Shown: piece after piece, positions 12,211-24,516 of the stretch
Layout: each line of letters starts with the position of its first letter
Position numbering within the stretch: position 1 is the first letter of the stretch
Assembly (NCBI GenBank): GCA_038087875.1
Contig: CM075994.1
Coordinates: 6,326,001-6,386,000 of the forward strand
Direction: 5' to 3'
Length of the DNA: 60,000 nt
Origin: Malacoraja senta
Lineage: Eukaryota
Notes under the pieces: generated by a model
Database searches by the model: none
The model's input: only the letters and a program-made list of their open reading frames with translations
What the model was told of the DNA's origin: nothing
Made by a program: the position numbers and the translations under genes

Positions 12211-12650
12211 ATTTTCATTTTCAAACCACATTAAGGGCACTCACAGTTGAGTAGACATGTGTTCAGTTATTCAGAGCTCAGAGACATGAACCTCTCGCTT
12301 CCTCCATCTTGCAGAGACTGAGTGAGGCACACCACTTCCTGGTTTTATAATTCCTCCCCCTCCCTCCAACAGCGGCAGCAGAGAGAATCGCAATTTTTTT
12401 TTAAACATTAATATCTCCCTGATTGTTCATCGATGGGAAAAATGCTCTGGTCCCGGAAGGCGGAGGGGGGCTCTGAGCAAGGTGACCAAAAATGACGGCC
12501 GTAGGTGGCGGCGTTCTCTCGGAAATCACAGCACAGCGAGCCAAAAGCGGTCAAGATCAGACTTTTAGTAATATAGATATCTAGATAGGTAAAGGGACAG
12601 ATAAATAGATAGATACATATATAGACATATATTTGGGATATCTATCTATA

Positions 12651-14004
12651 TCTATATTACTAAAACTCTCATCTTGTTTCTTTGTTATTCTGCGAGTGAG
12701 TGAGTAAATGAGTGAGATTCCGGAACTACGACAAAAAGGTACACGATAACGCTACAATTTTTGGACCACCTTACTCACAATTGTCTTGAGGTGTGTTTTT
12801 ATCAAGTTTCAGATTGATGATTTTTACAAATTATTCACATTTTTAACTTTACAAAATCCCACTTTAAGAAACATTTCTTCCATCTGCACACTGGCAATTA
12901 CAGCTATGACGTCACAATGGGATCCAAATTCTTGCTGGCCTTCCCTACAACAATGTTGCAATCACAGAACACTGAGTACTGCCAGCAAGTTTTTAAAGTT
13001 TAAAAACATTGAGGCTGAACAGGAGGGGAGGGGGGACGGGGGAGGGGGGGCGGTGCTGGGGGAGGCAGGGGGAGTGCAATTGGATTTTTTTTTAAAGTCC
13101 TGCCAGCAAGTCCAATTGGGAGGCTGAAGAGGAGGAGGAGGGAGTGCTGGGGGATAAAGGCTCTGTCTTACTGTGTTGCGGTCATCGGCGGTGAAGCGCG
13201 GCTTTGCCGGTAGAGTGGACCACACGGCAACGGCGAGAGCGCCGAGCCTATGCCACGGGAGCGCCGCACGGTGCTGCGCGGGGGCCGAGTGATTTAAATA
13301 CGGCTGGTCCCACGTGCTTGCGGTAAGTTAAAAAAAGGCCGGGCCGACTGCGATGACGTAATTTTGGATCTGCGGGGCTGTGGCGGCGGCCGTCCTGATC
13401 GCGGCGCTGTAGCGGTGGCTGTGGCAGCGGCCGTGCCACACACGTGACTCACTAGCGGCGGCTGTGGCGGCGGCCGTCCTGATCGCGGCGCTGTAGCGGT
13501 GGCTGTGGCGGCGGCCGTGCCGCACACGTGCCTCACTGGCGGAGGCTGTGGCGGTGCAAGTTCGACCCACGGCGCTCGAGCCACACTGGCGGCGGCTGTG
13601 GCGGCGGCCGTGCCGCACTCGTGCCTCACTGGCGGAGGCTGTGCGGTAGGGACATATTTTTGTACAGTGTTGGTTTTATTTTAGCACCGTGCGGTGTTGG
13701 GAAAACCGCCGCACGGCCCCGGAATTGTGCGTTTGACCGAGTGCGCGGTCTATGGCGGCCCAGGAGCGGTAGATTCTTCCCGTTTCGCCACCAATGACCG
13801 CAGACTCGTGAGACAGGCCTTTAAGAGGACATCAGCCACCCAGTGCAGTTGGGGGCTATGGGTGAGTGGTAGAATGTTGCGTTGGGGAGACAGGTTGAGT
13901 TGGGGGAATGGGTGAGTGGCGGAATATTGCGTTGGGGGAATGGGTTGCGTTGGGGGACCAGGCCTCCCGTGTAACAGGGAACTAACGGGTCCCACTTGGT
14001 CTAG
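12651..14004 (+). mobile_element. Non-autonomous Helitron-like element
   Basis: a|TCTATATTACTAAAA start, imperfect subterminal hairpin gggaact-aac-gggtccc, CTAG|t end, no TSD. Internal GC-rich repeats at 13370-13645. Confidence 0.65.
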
Positions 14005-14057
14005 TATGACAATAAAACACTCTTGACTCTTGACGCACCGTGTGTCCGCACCCGTTC

Positions 14058-14153
14058 TCAATGGATCTCCCCGTCTGCCTCAGGGGACTCACTTTGTCTC
14101 CGCTTCGGCTTCACATTCAGACACGCATAGACAATATCTTGCCCACCGAGCAC
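14058..14153 (-). CDS. Mucin-like dual-ITIM receptor, exon 6 (ITIM 2 and stop)
   Basis: Acceptor gcttgcttgtag, phase 0, VLGGQDIVYACLNVKPKRRQSESPEADGEIH*. An alternative internal gtgagt donor follows 14093. Confidence 0.8.
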   Translation of the reverse strand: MLGGQDIVYACLNVKPKRRQSESPEADGEIH

Positions 14154-14541
14154 CTACAAGCAAGCACAATTGAGATGGTGAAATACGTCTCCGTCGTGAA
14201 CTGGCTCGCCGCTCCCGGTGGAGTTGCTGCCTCACAGTGCCAGAGACCTGGGTTCGATCCTGACATCAGGTGCTGCCTGTTTCACCCTGTGACCTGCATT
14301 GGTTTTCTCCGGGTGAACCGGTTTCCGCCCACACTCCAAAAGACATACAAGTGTGTAGGTTGATTCGCTTTAGTACATATTTTAAATTTTCCCTAGTAAA
14401 TTTTCCCTAGTCGGCGCGGCCTCGGTGGGCCTGTTTCCGCGCTGTATCTCTAAACTAAACTGAACTATACATGCACGCAGTAATTTTACATGGCACCATG
14501 GAATCCCAAGTATTGATTGGTCGCTAGATAGGAAGAGAATT

Positions 14542-14569
14542 CTGAAGAAGGGTCTCAACCCGAAACGTC
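14542..14569 (+). ncRNA. Minimal hammerhead-ribozyme core in a Penelope-derived short repeat (representative copy)
   Basis: CTGAAGA-a-GGGT(ctca)ACCC-GAAACGTC. Other copies at 25969, 26694, 33361, 55377 (+) and 7472, 33844, 53190 (-). Helix I is weak. Confidence 0.5.
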
Positions 14570-15902
14570 AATCATTCCTTCTCTCCTGAGATGCTGCCTG
14601 ACTCGCTGAGGTACTCCAGCATTGTGTCTATCTTTGGCCCCTTGATTGTTGACCAAGACATGAATACAATGAGCTGCCAGAGGACATGGTTGAGGCAGGT
14701 ACAATAACAATATTGAAAATTCATTTGGACAGGTGCATGGAAAGGAAATGTTTAGTTGAGTATGGGGCAAACGTGGGTAAGTAGGAGCAGCTTTGATGGG
14801 GCATGTCGGTTGGCGTGGACAAGTTGGTCCGAGGGGCCTGTTTCTGTGCTGTATGACTCTGTGACTCTATGGGCTTAAGGACCTGTTTCTTTGCCCCATG
14901 ATGCCATTGTAATGCAGCACCAGTATCGCGTCAACATTGGAACATTGAACCGCTGTAATAACGCAACACATCATTCTCCACATTCACGCTGGAGACAATG
15001 TGTTACTCACCGTCCCCTCCCCTCTCCTTCCCCCTCTCTCCCTTCATCCCCGCTCCCACTCTCCCCGTCCTCTTCCCCCCTGTCTTTTAACCATTTCCTC
15101 AGCTCTCCACGTTGTACCACTCTTGAGATCACTCTTGCCCATGTCAACAATAGGCCCACCAGGGCAGGACACTGCCTGAGGTCATCTGTGGCCGGTCTTG
15201 CTCTGTCCTGGTCTTCTCTCGCCCCCAGCTCTTCACCCACCCCACTCCCCTCCCCCTATGCCCCATCCTCCTACACCCCCCCCCCCCGCCCACACCCGTT
15301 CTTTCTGAAGGAGACAGAAAAAATAAATCTGAACAAGTGCGCCGACTCGAACGTGGCCCACTCACATACTCTGGAGATTCTGCCTGACCCACTGAGTTAC
15401 AGGAGCGCTGCGTTTCTCCAGCACTTAGTACTAGAAGAGGCCCATCAGTTAACAATTCTCTTTCACTCACTCCCGGGCTATCGTTACCATTACTAGGTAG
15501 GATACACTACAACATTCATTAAGCTCTGAACTACATATTGTTGTTTTTGCACTATTATTGCTTTTTGTTTTTATGTGTACCCATGTGTGCGCGGGTGTGT
15601 GTATATATGTGTGTATGTATATGTGTGTATATATATATATCAGGCCCGTACGAAGCTTTTCAAAAAGGGGGGTGGCAAGGCAGATTACAAAAAATGTATG
15701 CGAAATAACTGCATACAGCGCATATCACAAGCGCGAAGCTGAAAGACCCTTGCGGCCGGGGTCCAGGGCCCACTTAAGGGCCCTGGAAGCTCTGGGGTTT
15801 TAGATGCTCTCTGGTGCATTCTGAGCCTTATTTTGGAGCATTTTTGCACCGAATTTATGACCAATATTTCAGAAGTAATTTTGGTTGAGTCAAGAGCAAT
15901 GA

Positions 15903-16102
15903 NNNNNNNNNNNNNNNNNNNNNNNNNNNNNNNNNNNNNNNNNNNNNNNNNNNNNNNNNNNNNNNNNNNNNNNNNNNNNNNNNNNNNNNNNNNNNNNNNN
16001 NNNNNNNNNNNNNNNNNNNNNNNNNNNNNNNNNNNNNNNNNNNNNNNNNNNNNNNNNNNNNNNNNNNNNNNNNNNNNNNNNNNNNNNNNNNNNNNNNNNN
16101 NN
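15903..16102. other. Assembly gap (200 N)
   Basis: Run of N. Confidence 1.
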
Positions 16103-16319
16103 GGACACGTACAAGCCCTGAACCCATGGTTGTGACCTTAGATGGAAGTGATGGTGAGATATCGAGCCATTAAAGGGGCACTTACTTGTCGAACTCACAG
16201 GACCATGAGGGACAAAGGCTGAATTTCCTCCAATTCCTAACAGGAGCCATCCTACAGAAAGAGCCCAGACAGGGGATTCTGACGGTGGCAAAAAGACGCG
16301 GGAGGGTGGGCGAAGATGA

Positions 16320-16965
16320 AAGTGGCGCGGGCCCAGCGGGGGTGGCGTGGGCCCAGCGGGGGTCAGCGGGGGTGGCATGTACCCAGCAGGGGTGGCGTGT
16401 GCCCTGCTGGGGTCAGCGGGGGTGGCGTGGACCCAGCAAGGGAGGCGTGGATCCAGTGGGGGTGGCGTGGACCCAGCGGGGGAGGCATGTACCCAGCGGG
16501 GGTGGCGTGGGCCCAGCGGGGGTCAGCGGGTGTGGCGTGTGCCCAGCTGGGGTCAGCGGGGGTGGCGTAGACCCAGCGGGAGAGGCGTGGACCCAGCGGG
16601 GGTGGCTTGGGCCCAGCGGGGGTGGCGTGGACCCAGCTGGGGTCAGTGGGGGTGGCGTGGACCCAGCGGGGGAGGCGTGGACCCAGCGGGGGTGGCGTGG
16701 GCCCAGCGGGGGTGGCGTGGACCCAGCGAGCGTCAGCGGGGGTGGCGCAGACCCAGCGGGGGAGGCGTGGACCCAGTGGGGTGGCGTGGGCCCAGCGGGG
16801 TGGCGTGGACCCAGCAGGGGTACAGCAGGGGTGGCGTGGACCCAGCAGGAGTCAACGAGGGTGGCGTGGACCCAGCGGGGGTGGCGTGGACCCAGCGGAA
16901 GTGGCGTGACCCAGCGGGGGTCCAGCGGGGGTGGCGTGTGACCAGCTAGGGTCAGCGGGGGTGGT
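16320..16965. repeat. GC-rich minisatellite with 20-bp and 30-bp units
   Basis: ggtggcgtggacccagcggg units, some with an added ggtcagcggg. Confidence 0.95.
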
Positions 16966-17764
16966 GTGGATAGAAGATGGCTTGGGCCCCACCGGCGGGA
17001 GGGAGGCGAGGGGAGCGGGCCGCATCGGCGTCTGGTGTTGGGGTTACAGACGCTGGGTTAAGATTCAGCCACTCCCGCCCGGCGATGGGAGAACGGTCTC
17101 ATGGTCGCATGGCTGGCCGTTGGGGGGGACCGATGCCTGCAATGCAATATTTCTACGTACCTGGAGTAGACACAAGGCATCGGGCCCAATGTTGGGAGTC
17201 AAATGGCAGTCTGATCCCGCCCGGGCCCACTGCGCACGCGCGGAGACGGCGTCATTTTGCGGCGTTTCCCCAACTGCGCAGGCGCAGATGGTCGAGTTTT
17301 TTCTCCCAAATCATCCAGCGTCCGGAACCAGAATTTCGGGCGATTTCCGACAAAGTGGAAACGCTGATTGCGCTCCGATTTTAACAAAAAATGTTCTCGG
17401 GATTTTTTCTTGCTCTGGAGGAAAAGGGGGGCGCGATCGCACCCAACGCACCCCCCCTTCGGACGGCCATGTATATATATATATACACACACACACTGTA
17501 TGTGTGTGTGTATATGTGTGTGCGAGTGTATGTGCGCGTGTGCGTGTGTGTGCGCGCACATGTGTATGTGTGAGTTTGTATGTGTATACACACACTGAAA
17601 TTACTTTTTCTCGTTTATTCTATTGTTTACATTGTACCATGTTTACACATTCTGTTGTGCTGCTGCAAGTAAGAATTTCATTGTTCTATCTGGGACGTAC
17701 GACAATAAAACCGCTTGACTCTTGGATTGCGGTCGCCAATTGTTAAAATGTTTGCTATTGGTAC

Positions 17765-17917
17765 CTTCTCCTGCTCTTCAGCAAACTGCCCGCGCGTCGA
17801 TACCGGGTCTACCAGTGAATCTTCGTGTGAATCCTCCCCGTCTCCCGAAGTCTCTCTACGTGTCCGCGCTGGTTTCACATTTACGCTCGCGTAGATGATA
17901 GTTTGTCCCCGGGGCAG
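17765..17917 (-). CDS. Mucin-like dual-ITIM receptor, exon 5 (ITIM 1)
   Basis: Acceptor ctctttccttgcag, donor AAG|gtacca, 153 nt, phase 0-0. Encodes LPRGQTIIYASVNVKPARTRRETSGDGEDSHEDSLVDPVSTRGQFAEEQEK. Confidence 0.85.
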
Positions 17918-18339
17918 CTGCAAGGAAAGAGAATTGAGACGGCCAAACGCCGTGTTGATATTTCAGCACCACAACAGACCTGAATTAACATTGAACAATA
18001 CTCTAACAACATTACATATATATCACACCGCACTCCGAGCAGCAGAATTATCAACGTGGACGTTGGGATAAACAGGACAATGCAGAACAATATTTCTACC
18101 CTGAGTATTTTTTCACGGTTTCATTTAAACTTCACACAGTATTTACATCTCAACACCATCACGGCACAGTGGCGCAGCGGCGCAGCTGGTGGAGCCGCTG
18201 TCTCACATCGTCAGGGACGCAGAGGCGATTCTGACCTAGGGTGTTGTCTGCGTGTCGCGTTTGTACGTTCTCCCTTTGATGGCGTGTTGTGTTTTCTCCA
18301 ACTCTTCCCGCTTCCTCCTACATTCCAAATGACCCTCTG

Positions 18340-18660
18340 TAGAGTAGGGAAGCGGTACACATACCCCGATTTGCATTGATGTTGCTGAAGTAGAGATGGT
18401 CGAAAACTTCAAATTCCTCGGAGTCAATATCACCAACAACTTCTCCTGGACCACCCATATTGAGGCAACGACCAAGAAGGCACAGCGACGCTTTACTTCC
18501 TTAGAAGGTTAGGAAGCTTGCTACAACACTCACCAACTTCTACAAATGCACCATAGAAAGCATTTTGTCAGGATGCATCTCAGCCTGGTTCGGAAACAGC
18601 TCCATCCAGGACCGTAAGAAATTGCCGCGAATTGCGGACACAGCCCAGGCCATCAAGAGT
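18340..18660 (+). mobile_element. Rex1/Babar-type LINE fragment that resumes at ~20070-20200 after the L1
   Basis: VENFKFLGVNI..TNFYKCTIESILSGCI motifs, degraded. Confidence 0.7.
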
Positions 18661-18669
18661 TCAAGAGAG

Positions 18670-20065
18670 TTTTATTTTTATTTATTTTTAAATTTTGATT
18701 AATATTTTTATTAGAAGCAAACATATTATAAAGTATAGGAACAAATTATAATAGAAAAAAAACTTTTCATATACATCAATCATACATTATTAAAATTGTC
18801 AATTGTCGATTAATTCTGCTTCTAGTGTTTTTTTTTATATAGATAGAAAAAGAGAGGTAGAAAGAAAAAAGCATTACAAATATCGAAAAAAAGAGGTGGA
18901 ATGAGTTATTTATAATACGTCATTGGAGATAAGTTCGTAGGTTATGAAATATAATTTTACATCTAATCCTGAGTTCAAGCTTCAGTTGGGTTTTCGTGCT
19001 GGGTCCATCTATCCCTTCAAATAGTTAATGAATGGAGCCCATATTTTAACAAAAAGTTCTTGTTTGTCCATTAAGACAAGTCTAATTCTTTGTAGATGTA
19101 GGGTCTCCGACATTTCCACAATCCACATTTTAATTGTGGGGGTTATAGGACCTTTCCAAAATATTAATATTATTTTTTTCCCAGTTATTATACTGTAGTC
19201 AAGGACGTTTCTTTGGCTTGTTGTGAGTGTTAAACTTTGTTCTGATATCCCAAGTATTATTAAATTTGAGTCTGGATCCAATTTAGTATTAACAACTTCA
19301 GAAATTATTTCAAAAATATCAATCCAGAAATTTTTGATTTTTATACAATTTGCAAAAGTATGTGTTAAATTGGCCTCTAGATGTAGGCATTTATCACAGA
19401 TAGGAGAAATATGTGGGAAGATTCTATAAAGTTTTATTTTGGAGTAATGTAATCTGTGTAAGACTTTAAATTGTATTAAAGCATGTCTGGCATTTAACGA
19501 GCATTGATGTATATGTTGTAAACTTTCGTCCCAAATGTCTTTCGTTATAGAGTGACCTAACTCATTTTCCGATGTGTGTCTATATAGTTCCATCGGTGGT
19601 ACCTCATTGTTTAAGAGGGTGTTATAAATATAAGCTATTAATTTTTCAGTGTTAGGATGCTTATTCAAACATTCATCAAGAATTTCTGGTTCCCTAGTCC
19701 TATATACTTGTGTATTAGATTTAACATAATCTCTAATTTGTAGATATCTGAAAAAATTATTTGAGTGTAGTCCATAATTTTGTTGTAACTCTTGAAAAGA
19801 CAGAAAGATGCCTTCCCTATAAAGATGTCCAATGTTATTAATTCCATAATTTTTCCATTGTATAAAACCTCTATCCAATATGGATGGCTTGAATAAAGGA
19901 TTATTTACAATGGGAAGACATAGTGGTATATTATTCAGTTTTAAAGCTTTTTTAAATTGTTTCCAAATTCGTATTCCACTATGTATTATAGGCTTTTCCT
20001 TATAGGTTATTTAATGCAATTTTGTGGGAGCAAATATAATCGAACCAATTTCAAAAGGTACAGAA
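18670..20065 (-). mobile_element. L1/Tx1-clade LINE, 5'-truncated (ORF2 C-terminus, 3'UTR, A-rich tail)
   Basis: 289-aa ORF with FQELQQNYGL, FFRYLQIR, IQFKVLHRLHY and a CDKC..HTFANC zinc knuckle. A-rich tail at ~18670-18710. Confidence 0.88.
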
Positions 20066-20883
20066 TTGTCATGCAAACCAACTTCCCTTCTACTGATTCC
20101 AGCAGCATAATCAAAGACGAGTCGCACCCTGGCCATTTCCTCTTCTCCCCTCTCCCATAAGGCAAAAGGTATAGAAGTGTGAAAACGCACACCTCCAGAA
20201 TCAGCCCCCCCTCCCCACAACCGCGCGTTGAGGGGACGAGACACAACGGCTCCCACTTGGTCTATATCTCGCTAAACCTATACTACCAGGTTAATTAAGA
20301 ATAGGGTGTAGGTCATTTAGCACTGAGATGAGGAAAAATCTTTTCACCCTGAGAATTGTGCACATGTGGAATTCTCTGCCACAGAAAGGGCAGTGGACGC
20401 CAATTCACTAGATGTTTTCAAACTAGAATTAGATATAGCTCTTCGGGCTAACGGAATCAAAGGATCATGGGAAAAAGCAGGAATGGGCTACCGATTTTGG
20501 ATGATCAGCCATGATCATATTGAATGGCGGGTCTGGCTTGAAGGGCCGAATGGCCTACTTCTACGCCTATTTTCTATGTTTCTATCGTATCTATCAACTG
20601 TAAATGGACTAAATTGTAATCATGTTTAGATTTTCTGCTGACTGGTTAGGACGAAACAAAATGCTTTTCACTGTGCCTCGGTACACGTGACAATAAACTA
20701 AACTGAACTGAACGGAACTGAGATTGTCTCTACTGTGTAAGTTAGAACTAGCGTGAATGGATGATCGCTGATCGGCGTGGTTTCGGTGAGTGGAAGGGCC
20801 TGTTTCCTTCCATGCTGTATCTCTTAAACCTCTAGCTCGGTAAACTGAACGAGCTCAAAGAACGAAGTGAAAATGACAAGTAC

Positions 20884-20948
20884 CTCGCTGTTCGATCGAC
20901 GAATAAAGTCAAAGGACCCATCAAAGCAGCTCGAATCCGTACAGGCGC
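20884..20948 (-). CDS. Mucin-like dual-ITIM receptor, exon 4 (juxtamembrane cytoplasmic)
   Basis: Acceptor ctatttccattttcag, donor GAG|gtactt, 65 nt, phase 1-0, linking exons 3 and 5 in frame. Encodes (G)ACTDSSCFDGSFDFIRRSNSE. Confidence 0.7.
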
Positions 20949-20969
20949 CTGAAAATGGAAATAGAAACC

Positions 20970-21955
20970 AAGAAAATAGGTGCAGAATTATGCATTTCGA
21001 CCCTTTAAGCCAGCGGCCATTCAATATGATCATGGCTGATCATCCAAAATCAGTACCCTGGTCCTGCTTTCTCCCCATATCTCTTGATTCCATTAGCCCC
21101 AAGAGCGATATCTAACTCTATTGAAAACATCCAGTGAATTGGTCTCCACTGTCTTATGTGGCACAGAATTCCACAGATTTGTTTGGGTTTTCATCCTTCT
21201 AAATTCCAGTGATTAATAGCCCAGTCGATCCATTCTTTCATCATATGTCAGTCCCGCCATCCCGGGAATTAACCTGGTGAACCTACGTTGCACTCCTTCA
21301 ACAGCAAGAATGTTATTCCTCAAATTGGGAGACTAAAACTGTACACAAACTCTGTTGTGGTCTCACTAGGGCCCTGTACAACTGCAGGGGGCTCTCCTTG
21401 CTAATCTGCTTCGATCCTCTCGCTATGAAGGCCAAAGTGCCATTTACTTTCTTCATTGCCTGCTGTACCTGCATGCTTACTTTCAATGACTGATGTACAA
21501 GGTTGCCCAATTCTCGTTGCACCTCCCCTTTTCCTAATCTGACACCATTCAGATAATAATCTGCCCTTGTTTTTGCCACCAAAGTGGATAACCTCACTTT
21601 TATCCACATTATATTGCATCTGCCAATCATCTGCCCACTCACCAAACCTTTCCAAGTCACACTGCAGCCTCTAAGCATCCTCCTCGCAGCCCACCCTGCC
21701 ACCCAGCTTTGTGTCATCCGCAAACTTGGAGATGTTACATTTAATTCCCTCGTCAAAATCGTTTATAATTTGTAAATAACTGGGGTCCCAGCACTGAGCC
21801 TTGTGGCACCCTACTAATCACTGCCTGCCATTCTGAAAAGGGACCCGTTAATTCCTACTCTTTGCATCCTGTCTGCCAACCAGCTCCCTATCCATGTCAA
21901 TCCCTTACCCCCAATACCATGTGCTCTAATATTGCACACTAATCTCTTGTGTGGG
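20970..21955 (-). mobile_element. CR1 RT/3' fragment
   Basis: SKFADDTKLGG, WADDWQMQYNVDK and LYRALVRP motifs plus 3'UTR. Confidence 0.9.
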
Positions 21956-22862
21956 ATTGGAATGGAACTGAAACACAAGCGAACTCTTTAAAATTAACTA
22001 CGCTGGACATTCATATATCAGGGCGGCACGGTTGCTCAGCGATAGATTTGCTTCCTTACAGCGCAAGAAACCTGGGTTCGATCCTGACCACGGGTGTTGT
22101 TTGTATGGAGTTTGTACGTTCTCCCCGTAGCTGCGTGGGTTTTCTCCTGGTGCTCCAGTTTCCTCCCACAACTAAAGGTTTGTTGGATAATTGGCTTGGT
22201 ATAATTGTAACTTACCCCTAGTGTATGTAGGGTAGTGCTAGTGTACGGGGATCGCTGGTCGGCCTGGACTCAGTGGGCCGAAGGGCCTGTTTCCGTGCTG
22301 TATCTCTAAACTAAATCTGTAACCGTTAGATCAATTAATCTCAGCACCATTTAAACAGCTCAAATCGAAATCAACTCGTTTATATTGTAATGAACAGGGG
22401 TTAGGCTCAGAACAACGATTTACGATTTCAATTAAATTGTGATCAATGCTTTCAGATTATAGTGAAATAGATTAGATTGAAATCAGCCGTTTTATGTTAA
22501 AGGAATTTATAATGAAGTTAAAGTTTCGATGTACCAATGAAATGAAAATCAGACTGTGATTCGTGAAGCAAGTCTGCATGTAATCAGAGAAAATGATAAT
22601 CAGTGGTAATTAAATAACAATTAGACGCCCCATTTGTTTTAGATGATATAATGGAAATTAGAGTGACATTTATTATTTTGTATTGCAATTAAGCAGGGAG
22701 CTGATTTGCGAGGCAGGATTGTAGCTTACATTAAAACAGATAAAATCCTGATAATTCAGAATGTTATATGAAGAAGCGTTTCGGCCCAAAACGTTGCCTA
22801 TCTCCTTCGCTCCATAGATGCTGCTGCACCCGCTGAGTTTCTACAGCATTTTTGTGTACCTA

Positions 22863-24325
22863 AAATTATAAAAGGACTGGACTAGATGCAGGAAAAATGT
22901 TCCCAATGTTGGGCGAGTCCAGAACCAGGGGGCACAGTCTTAGAATAAAGGGGACGCCATTTAAGATTGAGGTGAGAAAAAACGTTTTCACCAAGAGAGT
23001 TGTGAATTTGTGGAATTCCCTGCCACAGAGGGCAATGGAGGCCAAGTCACTGAATGGATTTAAGAGAGAGTTCGATAGAGCTCTAGGGGCTAGTGGAATC
23101 AAGGGATACGGGGAGAAGGCTGGCACGGGTTATTGATAAGGGACGATCAGCCATGATCACAATGAATGGTGCTGCTGGCTCGAAGGGCTGAATGGCCGCC
23201 TCCTGCACCTATTTTCTATGTTTCTATGTGCTGCCTGATCCGCTAAGTTACTCCAGCATTTAGCGTCCTTTTGTGCATGAAGGAGCACCGGCACTTTTTT
23301 ATTTCGACAGGAAAGATTTATTAGGAACCTGAGAGGGCAAATTACCTTATTGGGGCATTTATTTACCTAGAGGGTGGCGAGTATATGGAACGAGCTGTCC
23401 GAGAGGGTAGTTGAGGTAGGTACTACAGCAACATAAAAAAACACATTTGGACGTACATGGATAGGAAAGTTTTGGAGGAATATGGGCCAAACACGGTCAG
23501 ATGGGACTAATGTAGATGATGCATGTTGGTCGGCGTGGGCAAGTTGGGAAAAGGGCTGTTTCATAGAGCATAGAGCATAGAACAATATAGCACAGGAATG
23601 GGTCCTTTGGCCCACAATGTTTGTGCCAAACATGATGCCCATTTAAACCGATATCATCTGCCTGCACATGATCCACATCCCTGTTTCCTGTGCACTTCCA
23701 TCAGCCTATCCAAAGAGCCTCTTAAACGGCGCTATTGTATCTGCCTCCACCACCACTCCAGGCACCCACCACCCTGTGTGTAAAAAAACTTGCCACGCAC
23801 ACCTCCATTAAACTTTCCCCCTCTTACCTTATAGCTAAGTGCTCGAGTTGGGCATTTCCATCCGTGGAGAAAGGTTCTAAATGGTCTACCATATCTATGC
23901 CTCTCATAATTGTCTATACTTGTTTAAGACGTTGTATAATGTGTTGCTGAGGCCGCATTTGTATAAGACGCTGATGAGGCCGCATTAAGGGTATCGTGTT
24001 CAGTTCTGGCCACCATGTTATAGAAAAAGATATTGTCAATCTAGAACAGGTTTAAGGAGAAAAGGAAAAGATTTAATAGAAATCTGAGAGGTAACTTTTT
24101 CCACACAAAGGGTGTATGAAAAAAGATGCCAGATGAGATAGTTGAGGCAGGGACCATTTAAGAAACAGTTAGACAGGTACATGGATAGGACAGGTTTGGA
24201 GGGATGTGGATCAAACGCGGGCAGGTGGTACTAGTGTAGATGGGGCATGTTGGTTGGTGTGGACAAGTTGGGCTGAACGGCCTGTTTCCACACTGCATCA
24301 CTCCATGACTCTAAAACTCTATGAC
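22863..24325. mobile_element. Cluster of CR1 3' fragments in both orientations
   Basis: SRTRGHSLRIKG and VVNLWNSLP motifs plus several CR1 3'UTRs. Confidence 0.8.
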
Positions 24326-24516
24326 TTCTATCAAGTCTCCCCTCAAACTCCGATGTTCCAGGAAATGTTCTTGAGAGGCTTCCATGTTGTATTACTCTAT
24401 AACTCTGTGCGCTGGCATCTGAAAAACCTGGGCAGTTACCAATCATCGAGTAATCCTTTGACCGGTCCCTTGCCCGATATCTAAGGAACACCTCTGGAAG
24501 GCTCTCAGTCACTCAC

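Larger units (their letters stand above)
10715..12577 (-). mobile_element. Helitron-like non-autonomous element containing two minisatellites
   Basis: Minus-strand 5' end a|TCTATATTACTAAAAGTCT matches the 5' end of the 12651 element. The 3' boundary was not identified. Confidence 0.45.
15641..17471. mobile_element. Putative hAT-like non-autonomous element in a (TA)n tract, spanning the gap
   Basis: Imperfect inverted termini caggcccgtacgaag / cttcggacggccatg, with tatata on both sides. Confidence 0.4.

Noticed and set aside
10815..12250. Long repetitive ORFs (16-aa repeats) and a CRISPR-like appearance
   Set aside because: These are 48-bp tandem repeats open in several frames, with no unique spacers and no cas genes, in a eukaryotic context.
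16186..17746. Gly/Pro-rich ORFs of 200-271 aa
   Set aside because: By-products of a GC-rich minisatellite that lacks stop codons, plus adjacent microsatellite.
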